This document shows positions 25,815-35,104 of a DNA stretch of 64,000 bases, one piece after another. Positions within the stretch are counted from its first letter, which is position 1. Each line of letters begins with the position of its first letter. The translations under genes and the position numbers were made by a program. This DNA comes from Pseudonocardiaceae bacterium (GTDB lineage Bacteria; Actinomycetota; Actinomycetes; Mycobacteriales; Pseudonocardiaceae): NCBI GenBank assembly GCA_036266995.1, contig DATAWX010000169.1, positions 11,007 through 75,006 of the forward strand, read 5' to 3'. Below the pieces are notes generated by a model. The model was not told where the DNA came from. It was given only the letters and a program-made list of their open reading frames with translations, and did no database searches.

Positions 25815-26594
25815 GTGCGAGTACACACCGTGGTGGACAGCCCCGTCGGCCCTCTTGCCCTGGTTGCCCTTGACGGCACCCTCGCCGGCCTTTACATGGA
25901 CCTGCAGCGGCATCGTCCGCCGGCGGAGATGTTCGGCGACTCGGATTCCACGCCGTTCGCCGAGGCGATCAGGCAGTTGGAGGAGTATTTCGCTGGCCAA
26001 CGTACCGCTTTCGACCTACCGATGAATCTCGTTGGGACCCCGTTCCAGCGCACCGTGTGGTCCGCTCTGCAGGAGATCCCGTACGGGGAAACCTGGTCCT
26101 ACGGCCAGCTCGCCGACCGGATCGGACGCCCCGGCGCCGCCCGGGCGGTCGGCCTGGCCAACGGTCGTAACCCGATCGGCATCATCGTGCCGTGTCACCG
26201 CGTCGTGGGCGCTACTGGTGACCTCACCGGCTACGGCGGCGGCCTGGAGCGCAAGCGACACCTGCTCGACTTCGAGCGCCAGCGGGCCGGATCTGCTCGC
26301 GCAGACACCCTGTTCGAGGTGGCTGCTTTCGCGCGCACGCCAACCGACCCCGGTAGTGGTTCGCCTCAGAACGGGGGAATGCCGTCGCGGAGGTCGGGTT
26401 CTGGTGGTGGTTCGGGCTCGGCTTCAGGTGGTGGTTCGGTCCAGATCTCTGAGCCCTCCCAGTCGTCGTCGGCCGGGAGCAGCAGGGCATCGGCGGGCGA
26501 TCGGGAGTTGGCGGTTCCGGTAGCGGTTCAAGGATCGGGGGTGGTGGCCGGCGATAGTGACCCCGCGGGGCCGACATTTAGCTGGATTCGCTGA
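25815..26594 (+). CDS. ogt: Methylated-DNA-protein-cysteine methyltransferase (Ogt/MGMT) with a ~95-aa Gly/Ser-rich C-terminal extension
   Basis: '[24 protein letters not shown]...[17 protein letters not shown]' with the PCHRV active site. The tail 'GSGSPQNGG...[15 protein letters not shown]' is low complexity. Confidence 0.85.
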   Translation: MRVHTVVDSPVGPLALVALDGTLAGLYMDLQRHRPPAEMFGDSDSTPFAEAIRQLEEYFAGQRTAFDLPMNLVGTPFQRTVWSALQEIPYGETWSYGQLADRIGRPGAARAVGLANGRNPIGIIVPCHRVVGATGDLTGYGGGLERKRHLLDFERQRAGSARADTLFEVAAFARTPTDPGSGSPQNGGMPSRRSGSGGGSGSASGGGSVQISEPSQSSSAGSSRASAGDRELAVPVAVQGSGVVAGDSDPAGPTFSWIR

Positions 26595-26635
26595 CTGGGC
26601 TCGATAGAACCGCCGCCCAGCAAACTCAGCTTGTC

Positions 26636-27301
26636 ATGGCGCGGACCGGCAACCTGTTCTGGATCTTGCGTCAACCAACCTCGGCCCGTGGCTATGCCGC
26701 GGCGGCTCGCTCTTTTGACGCCGCCGTGATGAGTTCGGGCCTGAGCGAGCTACACATCACAGGACTACGCCTCGCTGGCTATGTGTCCGAGGCTGAAAGA
26801 ATTGCCCTCGATCGTCACGAGGAACGCTCGGGAGCGCCCAGTCGGCAGTTCGTGACTGTTGTGCTGCTGGGACACGCGGCGCTAGCTCGCGGCCAGTTGC
26901 AGACCTGCATCCGTCGGCTCCGTGAAGCCCGAGCCGGGCTAGCGCCACTCGACAGCGGAGGCTGGGGATTTCGTTGCCTGATCAGTCTTGCCCAGGCGCT
27001 GGCGATGGCAGGCGACGCGGCTGCCGCCAGACAGACCCTGCCCGAGCTGGAAGCCGAAAGGCATCCGGGGTACGCCTACAGCGAGCCGGAGGTGCTGCTG
27101 GCACAGGCGTGGGTCGCTGCGGCCGAGGGCACTGAGAGTCACCGCCACCGCACGATGGCCGATCGGCTGGTTCAGCACGGGGCTGGTGGGCACGACACAG
27201 GGCGCTACGGTGTCCCATGGCCTCCCCTCTCGGCGCGTCTACCCCGGCCAGCTCGTTGCCGCCACAGGGCGCCTCGCCCCGCGCGATTCGCGACGCGCTG
27301 A
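26636..27301 (+). pseudogene. Fragment resembling the TPR/C-terminal region of a large LuxR/MalT-type regulator
   Basis: 'LISLAQALAMAGDAAAARQTLPELEAERHPGYAYSEPEVLLAQAWVAAAEG' is typical of LAL-regulator superhelical repeats. There is no ATPase or HTH domain, and the ORF runs into unrelated frames. Confidence 0.3.
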
Positions 27302-27554
27302 CGATCCCCGAGGACCGCGCCGAGTTTGACCGCGAGTACAAGCGTGTGCGCTGATCACTGCCGCCGAGACGATGGAACTGGCGGGCGTCCACGCGCTAGT
27401 GGAGCAGTGGCGTCGTCGCGCATGGGAAACTCACGACCTGGAGGCCTATCAGCGGATGATGGACAGGGTTGACCGCCTCCGGCGGGGCGAGGACGTCCCC
27501 AGCGTGCCGGTAGAGGATGTCAGGGACCTCATCCGGGAGCGGCTGGGCCTGTAG
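27217..27554 (+). pseudogene. DUF6247-like antitoxin-type gene split by a frameshift
   Basis: ATG 27217 '...RAIRDALTIPEDRAEFDREYKRV' stops at TGA 27352-27354. The expected continuation 'ALITAAETMELAGVHALVEQWRRRAWETHDLEAYQRMMDRV...' is in another frame (track ORF 27372-27554). Family recalled from memory. Confidence 0.4.
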
Positions 27555-27716
27555 ATGTACCGCGTCACCACCGACACCAGGCGGCGATCCCGTTCACAAG
27601 GACAACCCGGACGGGGCGGTGCGTGCGCACGCGTTCGGGCGCGGTGGCCTGGTGACGTACCTGATTCTGGAGGATCACGGCGGGTGGATGTGCTGACCGT
27701 GCAGTGGGTTGGTTGA
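27555..27716 (+). pseudogene. RelE/ParE-like toxin remnant needing two frame changes
   Basis: The ATG directly follows the upstream TAG. 'MYRVTTDT' (frame 1), 'DPVHKDNPDGAVRAHAFGRGGLVTYLILEDH' (frame 3), 'RRVDVLTVQWVG*' (frame 1). The last two pieces look like a toxin C-terminus. Confidence 0.35.
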
Positions 27717-27772
27717 CCTTCGTCCCGCCCGCCTCGGTCAGTGCCCGTGGTTCCAACCTCGGCAAAGCGAGG

Positions 27773-28121
27773 TCAGTGACCTCGGGGTGAACCTCGTGCA
27801 GCCCGCGCCCAAACAGCTGCTTGCACCGTCGGTTGGCTTGCTCCCCGGAATCGTCGTACCAAAGTGTCCTCCAGCTTCCAGACCGCTTGCGGCTCCATCA
27901 GCAAGACGCTGTGCCAGCGGCCTCCGCTAGCCGGATCTGTTCCTGCCGCTGGTGTTGGCGACCGTTCCCGAGTGTCGGGTCGAAAGCGCATGCCTCCCGA
28001 CGCAGCTCGCGCTGGGCAGCCAGACCGTGTCGGCCAGGATCGCGCTCAGCAGCTTGATCATGCCGTCGTGATCCACAGCGCCAGTGTTCACCACCAGGAG
28101 CCGGGGTAGCGTTTGAGTCAT
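27773..28121 (-). pseudogene. Degraded ORF spread over three frames, divergent from the broken XRE gene
   Basis: Pieces 'MTQTLPRLLVVNTGAVDHDGMIKLLSAILADTVWLPS', '...FDPTLGNGRQHQRQEQIRLAEAAG' and '...WHSVLLMEPQAVWKLEDTLVRRFRG' lie in different frames. Family not identified. Confidence 0.2.
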
Positions 28122-28199
28122 CCTCCACGCCGGAGGTTATGCCCCAGGGTAACTCCCCCGGGGCACGGCGAGGGGTTCCGGCGAGGAGATGGCTTTTTG

Positions 28200-28480
28200 A
28201 TGGACGTTGACGACGACGCGCATACGATCGGTCGGCGAGTCCGGCAGATTCGCCATGCGCGGGGTAAGTCGCTCCGGGTGGTCGCCGCTTTGGCTGGAAT
28301 CAGCGCCTCGCACCTGCACCGGATCGAGACGGGGCAGCGTGCGCTGGACAGCCGGGCACAGACCGTGGCGCTGGCAACGCGCTTCAAATCTCCCCGTCAG
28401 AGTTGACGAGCCTTCCGGTGCCCGCGCCAGCCCTACGCGATTCGACTTCCCGCAACCGCCCGGAACTAGGTTTCACGCAT
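28200..28480 (+). pseudogene. XRE-family HTH gene with a frameshift after the HTH
   Basis: 'MDVDDDAHTIGRRVRQIRHARGKSLRVVAALAGISASHLHRIETGQRALDSRAQTVALA' then stop. A shifted frame reads the expected 'NALQISPSELTSLPVPAPA'. Confidence 0.45.
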
Positions 28481-28707
28481 GGGGAATGGTTGGCGTTCAC
28501 CGCCGGAGTCCGCAGCGGCGAATTCGACAGCTAGAAGATCCGACGACCACCTGCCCCAGCTCCCCGACCGGTCGCCGGTCGAGCGAGCCCCGTCACGTGC
28601 TCCCGGTCGCCGGCCGGTTCCACAAGCAACGCGCCCCGTCTCCGGCGGCCCGAACAGCCCGGCAGCATCCCGCTGGCGCACAATCGGGTGGTGGGTGTCT
28701 ACCACCG

Positions 28708-29477
28708 ATGACCCGGGAAGCCGTCGATCGCCCGGACCTGCTGATTCAGCGGGTGGCGCAGGCGTTGTGGGATAACGACTCGATCACCCGGCGGGTGATC
28801 TACCTGGCTGGCCTGGGCGGGATCGATTACAGCATCGTGGTCGGCACGTCGACGTTGCTGGGGGCGCGGCTGGCCGTACTGATCCTGACCGCCGTGGCGT
28901 CGGCGGCGTTCCTGGTTGCTTTGGTGATCAGGCGCAGCAAGTCCGGGGTGACAGTGGCGACGCTGGCTGTGTTGGGGATCGTGGGTGGAGTGCTCGGCGG
29001 GTGGGCGCCGGGTGCGGGGTCAGCGTTCGCGTTCGTGGCCGTGTTCGCCGCCGGCCGGCGCCTCCTAGCGCGGACCGCGGCCGTTGTCGCCCTGGTCACG
29101 GTGGCGGCGTTGACCCTCACGGGATTGGCCGGCAGCCGGCTGTCCGGCCTTGGAGTGGTGGGTATGTCGGTCGGGTTGGTCGCGGCCGCGTTGGGCGGGC
29201 TGAATCGGGCGGCTCAGCAGCGGGTTCGCGAACAGGCAGAACTACTGCTCGCCGAGGGTCAGGTCGTGATCGAGGAGCGAGCCCGGTCGGCGGCGTTGGC
29301 CGAGCGCACCCGCATCGCCCGGGAGATCCACGACGTGCTGGCGCACAGCTTGTCCGGGCTGATGTTGCAACTCGAAGCCGCGCACCTGCTGCTCGACCAG
29401 CACGCCGACCCGGCCCGCATCGCCGGGCACGTGGACCGGGCCCGCGGGCTGGCGTCGGGCTGCGGGTCCCGACGTGA
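28708..29477 (+). pseudogene. NarL-class (HisKA_3) sensor histidine kinase lacking its HATPase_c domain
   Basis: Six TM helices, then the dimerisation/phospho-acceptor box 'ERTRIAREIHDVLAHSLSGLMLQLEAAHLLL'. The ATP-binding N/G1/G2 boxes are absent. The frame is lost at ~29455, and only a short terminal piece ('...GVGLRVPT*', TGA 29475-29477) keeps the typical GTGA overlap with the regulator gene. Confidence 0.6.
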
Positions 29478-30145
29478 CCGCCCAGCCGGGGCGACCGCTG
29501 CGGGTGGTGGTCGCCGACGACCAGACCGTGGTCCGCGACGGGCTGGTGGTGCTGCTCGGGTTGCTCCCCGATGTGGAGGTGGTGGGCTCGGCCGGCGACG
29601 GGGAGCAGGCCGCCGACCTGGTCGCGCAGCACCAGCCCGACGTGGTGCTGATGGATCTGCGGATGCCCCGCTGCGACGGGGTGACGGCCACCCGGCGGAT
29701 CCGTGCCGAGCATCCTGAGGTGCAGGTGGTGGTGCTGACCACCTTCGCCGACGACGAGTCGATCTTCGCTGCATTGGACGCCGGTGCCCGGGGCTACCTG
29801 ACCAAGGACGCCACCGCCGCCGAGATCGCCGCGGCGTTGAGAACCGTCACCGCTGGTCAGGCCCTGCTGGACCCGGCCGTGCAGGGGCGCCTGATCGACA
29901 CGATGACCAGCCGGCGTCGTCACGTGCAGCGCACCGATCTACCCGACGGGCTGACCGCGCGGGAAGCCGAGACCCTCACCCTGATCGCCACCGGGCTGTC
30001 CAACGTCGAGATCGCCGCCGCCCTGGTGGTGACCGAAGCCACCGTCAAGACCCACATCAACCACCTGCTGGCCAAGACCGGGAAACGCGACCGGGCCCAG
30101 TTGGTGGCCTACGCCTACCGCCACGGCCTGGCCGAGCCACCATGA
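29474..30145 (+). CDS. NarL/FixJ (LuxR-type) response regulator
   Basis: Receiver 'LRVVVADDQTVVRDGL...PDVVLMDLRMPRCDG'. C-terminal HTH 'LTAREAETLTLIATGLSNVEIAAALVVTEATVKTHINHLLAKTG'. Confidence 0.9.
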   Translation: MTAQPGRPLRVVVADDQTVVRDGLVVLLGLLPDVEVVGSAGDGEQAADLVAQHQPDVVLMDLRMPRCDGVTATRRIRAEHPEVQVVVLTTFADDESIFAALDAGARGYLTKDATAAEIAAALRTVTAGQALLDPAVQGRLIDTMTSRRRHVQRTDLPDGLTAREAETLTLIATGLSNVEIAAALVVTEATVKTHINHLLAKTGKRDRAQLVAYAYRHGLAEPP

Positions 30146-30223
30146 CGTCCACCCGCGGGTGGAACCTTCCGGCCCCACCTCCGGGTTGACGCCCGGGACG
30201 CCCCTGCTGCCTAGCGTGGTGAT

Positions 30224-30895
30224 ATGACCCCAACACAGCAGGTAACAGCTCAGCAAGTGGCACGCTCGATCACCGGACCAACCACCTCGGCCCGAGTCGC
30301 CGGGGTGTTGCATAAGGTGGCGCTCCCGACGGTGCTGCTCAATGTGGTCGCTCCGTTCGCCGCCTACCAGGTGCTGACCGCGCACGGGGTGTCTGAGGTA
30401 AACGCGCTGTCGGTCGCCTCGGTGTTCCCGCTGGCGGCGGTCATCACCGCTGCCGTGCACTCCCGGCGGCTGGAGTGGATCGGGGTGCTCTCGGTGGCCT
30501 CCATCGCCCTGGGGCTGGCCAGCGCGTTGATCTTGCATGACCCACATGTGTTGCTGGTCAAGGATTCTCTTATCACCGGAGCTCTGGGGTTGGCCTTCCT
30601 GGGCTCCCTGCTCGCTCGCTGGCCGTTGACCTTCGTCTTTGCTCGCCAGTTCGCGCCCGGCACCGCGCGCGAGCTCGACCAGCGGTGGTCGAGCTCGCCC
30701 GGCTTCCGTGCCCGGATGCGGCGGATGACAGTGGTGTGGGGGCTGGGCATGCTCGGTGAGGCCACCGTGCGGGTGATACTGGCTTTCCTGATTTGCCCCT
30801 GGCACGCTGCTGGCGATCTCCCCGTTGCTCGCTGCCGCCTTCTTCGGACCCTGGTGGCCTGGACCCTCTATCGGCGTCGCCACGCCAACAGCTGA
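30224..30895 (+). CDS. VC0807/DUF3159-like small integral membrane protein (possible compensated frameshift near the 3' end)
   Basis: 'LLVKDSLITGALGLAFLGSLLARWPLTFVFARQF...RWSSSPGFRARMRRMTVVWGLGMLGEATVRVILAF'. Residues 'CPWHAAGDLPVARCRLLR' look out of character. The +2 frame reads a TM-like 'FAPGTLLAISPLLAAAFFG' over 30790-30848. Confidence 0.6.
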   Translation: MTPTQQVTAQQVARSITGPTTSARVAGVLHKVALPTVLLNVVAPFAAYQVLTAHGVSEVNALSVASVFPLAAVITAAVHSRRLEWIGVLSVASIALGLASALILHDPHVLLVKDSLITGALGLAFLGSLLARWPLTFVFARQFAPGTARELDQRWSSSPGFRARMRRMTVVWGLGMLGEATVRVILAFLICPWHAAGDLPVARCRLLRTLVAWTLYRRRHANS

Positions 30896-30911
30896 GGACC
30901 CAGGCCACCCG

Positions 30912-32456
30912 TCAGGTGGTGACAGTGCCGCGCAACGCGACCTCCCGGATGGCCCAGGCGGCGAAGAGCGCCACCACGGCGATCACCGCGCCCCACAGGA
31001 ACACCTGGTGGATGCCGTTGGTGATCGCGGTCTGGTAGGCCTCCCGCAGGGGTGCGGGCAGCTGCTCGAGCATGCTGGGAGTGACTTGACCGCCGGCTGG
31101 GGCGCCGCCGGTGCGGTCGGGGAGCGCGGACTGCACCTGCTGGGTGAATAGGGTGCCCAGCAGCGACACCCCGATCGAGCCGCCGATGGTCCGGAACAGG
31201 GTGGCGGCGCCGCTGGCGACGCCGACATCGCGCTGGGCGACGCTGTTCTGCACCACCAGCATGGTGGTCTGCATGAGCAGACCCATCCCGACGCCGAGCA
31301 CCACCATGTACACCGAGGTGGTGAACTGCCCGGTGGCCGTGGTCATGGTGGCCAGCAGCCCCAGCCCGGCGGCCATTGCCACCGATCCGCCGATCAGCAG
31401 GCCGCGGTAGCGCCCGGTGCGGGTGACCAGCTGCCCACCGAGCAGGGACGTGGCCAGCATGCCGCCCATCAGTGGCAGCAGCAGCAAACCACTGCTGGTG
31501 GCCGAAGCGCCTTGGACGTTTTGCTGGAACTGCGGCAGAAACGTCACCGCGCCGAACATGGCGAAGCCGGTGAGGAAGGTCAGGATCGTGGCGGCGGTGA
31601 AGTTGCGGCTGCGGAACAGGGTCAGCGCCAGGATCGGCTCGGCGACCCGCCGCTCGACCGCGACGAACGCCGCCAGCGCCGCCACCGTGACCACGCCGAG
31701 CATGACGATCGGCGCGGAGGTCCACGGGTACTGGCTGCCACCCCAGCTGCAGAGCAGGGTCAGCGCCGCTATCCCGGTAGCGAGCAGCCCGGCGCCGCGC
31801 CAGTCGATGGCGACCCGCTCGGCGCGCCGGCCCGGCAGGTGCATGGTCAGCGCCACCACGACCAGGGCGAGAACGCCCAGCGGCAGGTTGATGTAGAAGG
31901 CCCACCGCCAGCTGAAGTTGTCGGTGAGGAATCCGCCGAGCAGCGGACCGCCGATGAATGCCAGCGGCATGACCGCGGCCATCAGCCCCTGGTAGCGCCC
32001 CCGCTCGCGCAGCGGCACGAGGTCGGCGATGATCGCCATCGCGCCGACCATCAGCCCGCCGGCGCCCAAGCCCTGGATCCCGCGGAACCCGATCAGCTCG
32101 CCCATGTTCGCCGACAGCCCGGACAGCGCGGACCCGGCCAGGAACACCACGATCGAGGCCATGAACACGCTCTTGCGACCGTAGAGGTCACCGAGCTTGG
32201 CCCACACCGGGGTGGACACCGCGGTGGCCAGCGCGTAGGCGGTGACCACCCAGGACAGGTGGGCCAGACCGCCCAGCTCGCCGACGATCGTCGGCATCGC
32301 GGTGCCCACGACGAGGTTGTCCAGCATCGCGAGCAGCATGGCGAGCAACAGCCCGCTCATCACCGTGTAGATCTCCCGCTTGGACCGCGGCAGGTCCACG
32401 GCTAGGGCGGCCGCGGCCGGCCCCGCAGTGGTCGTCGTCATCTGATCCTCCGTCAC
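30912..32456 (-). CDS. MFS transporter, DHA2 (EmrB/QacA, 14-TMS) drug efflux family
   Basis: 'LDNLVVGTAMPTIVGELGG', 'KLGDLYGRKSVF', 14 hydrophobic segments. Divergent from a TetR gene. Confidence 0.85.
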   Translation of the reverse strand: MTEDQMTTTTAGPAAAALAVDLPRSKREIYTVMSGLLLAMLLAMLDNLVVGTAMPTIVGELGGLAHLSWVVTAYALATAVSTPVWAKLGDLYGRKSVFMASIVVFLAGSALSGLSANMGELIGFRGIQGLGAGGLMVGAMAIIADLVPLRERGRYQGLMAAVMPLAFIGGPLLGGFLTDNFSWRWAFYINLPLGVLALVVVALTMHLPGRRAERVAIDWRGAGLLATGIAALTLLCSWGGSQYPWTSAPIVMLGVVTVAALAAFVAVERRVAEPILALTLFRSRNFTAATILTFLTGFAMFGAVTFLPQFQQNVQGASATSSGLLLLPLMGGMLATSLLGGQLVTRTGRYRGLLIGGSVAMAAGLGLLATMTTATGQFTTSVYMVVLGVGMGLLMQTTMLVVQNSVAQRDVGVASGAATLFRTIGGSIGVSLLGTLFTQQVQSALPDRTGGAPAGGQVTPSMLEQLPAPLREAYQTAITNGIHQVFLWGAVIAVVALFAAWAIREVALRGTVTT

Positions 32457-32464
32457 TCGATACG

Positions 32465-32532
32465 CTTACTTTACGGCCGGCTAGTTGCTGCTCGGGAGTA
32501 CGCTATCACTTACTAGCCGGTCGTCAAGTAAG
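32465..32532. promoter_or_regulatory. Candidate TetR operator: 21-bp inverted repeat (19/21) in the MFS/TetR divergent region
   Basis: 'cttactttacggccggctagt' (32465-32485) versus the reverse complement of 'actagccggtcgtcaagtaag' (32512-32532). Confidence 0.45.
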
Positions 32533-32565
32533 TTTGGTCGGCGGATTCGGGGAAGGCTGGGCACG

Positions 32566-33123
32566 ATGGACGAACGGCGTACCGATACCCGGGAGGCGAT
32601 CCGGTCGGTGGCTCTGGAGTTGTTCGCCGAGCAGGGCTACGACAAGACCTCGCTACGGGAGATCTCCGAGCGGCTGGGGGTGACCAAGGCCGCGGTCTAC
32701 TACCACTTCAAGACCAAGGAGGAGATCCTGCTCAGCCTGATCGAGGACTTCCTCGCCCAGGTCGACGACGTGGTGGACTGGGCTCAATCCCAGCCCGCCG
32801 GCGTGGAGACCCGCAATGAGGTGCTGCGCCGCTACAGCGACCTGCTGGGCGGTCGGACCACACAACTCGCCCGCTTCATGCAGGAAGGCCAGGCGGCCAT
32901 CCGCAACCTGGTCGCGGGCACGGAGATGCGCAAACGGTTTGACCGGCTGGTCGGCATCCTCACCATTCCCGGGCCGCCGCTACCCAGCCACCTGCGTGCA
33001 AGGGTCGCCCTGATGGCCCTGCACGTCGGCATCTTCACCGGACCCGACATCGACGCCACCACCGAGCAACGCCGCGACGTCGCCCTCCAACTCGCCCAGG
33101 AAATCGCCAGGCCGCCGTCGTGA
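32566..33123 (+). CDS. TetR/AcrR family transcriptional regulator
   Basis: ATG 32566 preceded by 'ggggaagg'. HTH 'IRSVALELFAEQGYDKTSLREISERLGVTKAAVYYHFKTKEEIL'. Confidence 0.85.
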   Translation: MDERRTDTREAIRSVALELFAEQGYDKTSLREISERLGVTKAAVYYHFKTKEEILLSLIEDFLAQVDDVVDWAQSQPAGVETRNEVLRRYSDLLGGRTTQLARFMQEGQAAIRNLVAGTEMRKRFDRLVGILTIPGPPLPSHLRARVALMALHVGIFTGPDIDATTEQRRDVALQLAQEIARPPS

Positions 33124-33173
33124 ACTCGACCGTACCGACATTTCTGTCGCCGGAAACGTACGTCCTGTCGAGT

Positions 33174-34940
33174 TCACGACGACACGGGGACGCGGCGCGC
33201 GACGTGGGGTGCGAGGGTTTCGTCGTGGACGTAGCGGGCGCCGCGGAACAGGGACGCGATCGCGCCGATCAGGGAGATGGCGATCGCCGTCAGGAACACG
33301 ATCACTAGGCCGTGGTGGAAGGAGTCGGCGACCAGTTGCGGGAAGAACTGCTTGCCGACCACGGTAGCGGCGTTGCCCGGGGGGAGTTGGGCCAGCACGT
33401 GCGGGCCGAGGATCTTCTGCATCGGGTTGTAGCCCAGGAACGCGGCGAACAAGGTGCCCACCGGCGGCAGGTTCGCGACGTTGGCGGCCTCAGCGGCCGG
33501 GATGTGCTGCTGGGTCAGGCCGGAAAACAGGGCCGCGGGCATGGTGGAGGCGAGGCCGGCGATCAGCGTGGAGAAGAAGACGCCGATCGACAGCGCCATT
33601 CCGGAGTTCTGCAGCGTGCTCAACATGCCGCTGCCCGCTCCACGCTGGTCCGGGGGCAGGCTGTTCATCACCCCGGTCATGTTGGGGGAGGCGAACAGGC
33701 CAGCGCCGATGCCGCTGACGAACAGGATCACCGCGAACTGCCAGTAGATGAAGTCGGTCGGCAACAGCAGCAGCGCGCCGAAGGTAAGGGCGACGATCAC
33801 CAGGCCGCCCGTCGCGAAGGTGCGCGCGCCGAACCGGTCGGACAGCCAACCGGCCACTGGTGCGGCGCCGAGGAACCCGACTGTCAGCGGGACCATGTAG
33901 ATCGCGGACCACAACGGTGTCTCGGAGTAGTCATAGCCATGCAGTGGCAGCCAGATGCCCTGTAACCAGATGATGAGCATGAACTGCAGACCGCCGCGGC
34001 TCAGCGAACTCATCAGGGTCGCCACGTTGCCGAACGCGAACGCCGGGATGCGGAACAGTTGCAGGTTGAACATCGGCTGGGCGGCCCGGGCCTCGATGAT
34101 GCAGAACCCGCCGAGGGTCAGCAGGCCGACAGCCAGGCAGCCGAGTACGAACGGGTTCGTCCATCCCTCGGCGTGTCCGCCGTAGGGCTGGATGACGTAG
34201 ACGATCCCGACCAGCAGCAGGATCAGCCCGATGGCGAAGGTGATGTTGCCCGGCCAGTCGATCTTGTGGGCTCGACGGGCGTTCGTGTCGTGCAGGCTCA
34301 AGTAGGCCCAAATCGTGCCGATGACGCCGAAGGGCACGCTGACCCAGAAGACCAGCCGCCAGTCGACCTCGGAGAGCACGCCGCCGACGAGCAGGCCGAT
34401 GAACGAGCCGCCGATCGCGGCCACGGCGTTGATGCCCACCGCGAGACCCCGCCGATCGGCAGAGAACGCGTCGGTAAGGATCGCCGTGGCGTTGGCCATC
34501 AGCATGGCGCCACCGATGCCCTGCAGGACTCGAACGATGATCAGCCACAGCGCGCCGCCGCCGCCGTCCAGCGGGTCCACCGCCAGCAGGATCGAGGCCA
34601 CGGTGAACACGGCGAATCCGGCGTTGTAGATCTTCGAGCGCCCGTACATGTCACCGAGACGGCCCAGGGTGACCACCAGCACCGCGGTGACCAGCATGTA
34701 GCCCATGATCATCCACAGCAGGTAGCTGATGTTGCCCGGCTGGAGCGGATCGATGTGGATCCCGCGGAAGATCGCCGGCAGCGAGATGAGCACGATCGAG
34801 GAGTTCATCGTCGCCATCAGCACGCCGAGTGTGGTGTTCGAGAGCGCGACCCACTTGTAGCGCGGTGAGTTCGGGCCGGCCCACCTGCGGTGCAGCCCGC
34901 TTGCCCCAGGTCCAGCAGTGCTCGTCCCGCTCGTCGGCAT
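33174..34940 (-). CDS. MFS transporter, DHA2 (EmrB/QacA) family
   Basis: '[28 protein letters not shown]', '[12 protein letters not shown]', 14 TMS plus a C-terminal tail. Confidence 0.85.
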   Translation of the reverse strand: MPTSGTSTAGPGASGLHRRWAGPNSPRYKWVALSNTTLGVLMATMNSSIVLISLPAIFRGIHIDPLQPGNISYLLWMIMGYMLVTAVLVVTLGRLGDMYGRSKIYNAGFAVFTVASILLAVDPLDGGGGALWLIIVRVLQGIGGAMLMANATAILTDAFSADRRGLAVGINAVAAIGGSFIGLLVGGVLSEVDWRLVFWVSVPFGVIGTIWAYLSLHDTNARRAHKIDWPGNITFAIGLILLLVGIVYVIQPYGGHAEGWTNPFVLGCLAVGLLTLGGFCIIEARAAQPMFNLQLFRIPAFAFGNVATLMSSLSRGGLQFMLIIWLQGIWLPLHGYDYSETPLWSAIYMVPLTVGFLGAAPVAGWLSDRFGARTFATGGLVIVALTFGALLLLPTDFIYWQFAVILFVSGIGAGLFASPNMTGVMNSLPPDQRGAGSGMLSTLQNSGMALSIGVFFSTLIAGLASTMPAALFSGLTQQHIPAAEAANVANLPPVGTLFAAFLGYNPMQKILGPHVLAQLPPGNAATVVGKQFFPQLVADSFHHGLVIVFLTAIAISLIGAIASLFRGARYVHDETLAPHVARRVPVSS

Positions 34941-35104
34941 CGGGTGCGCTCCTCTCGGGGGACGGGACGGTCAGGGCGCCGGGTGGCACGTCGCCACCAA
35001 GATAAGCAGATAAGTTGTATAGCGCAACTAATTGTCTGTGGAGCGCGATCGAGCGCCACCGGAGGTGCAAGGGTTGCAGACCGGTTTAGCCCCGCTTATG
35101 TTAG

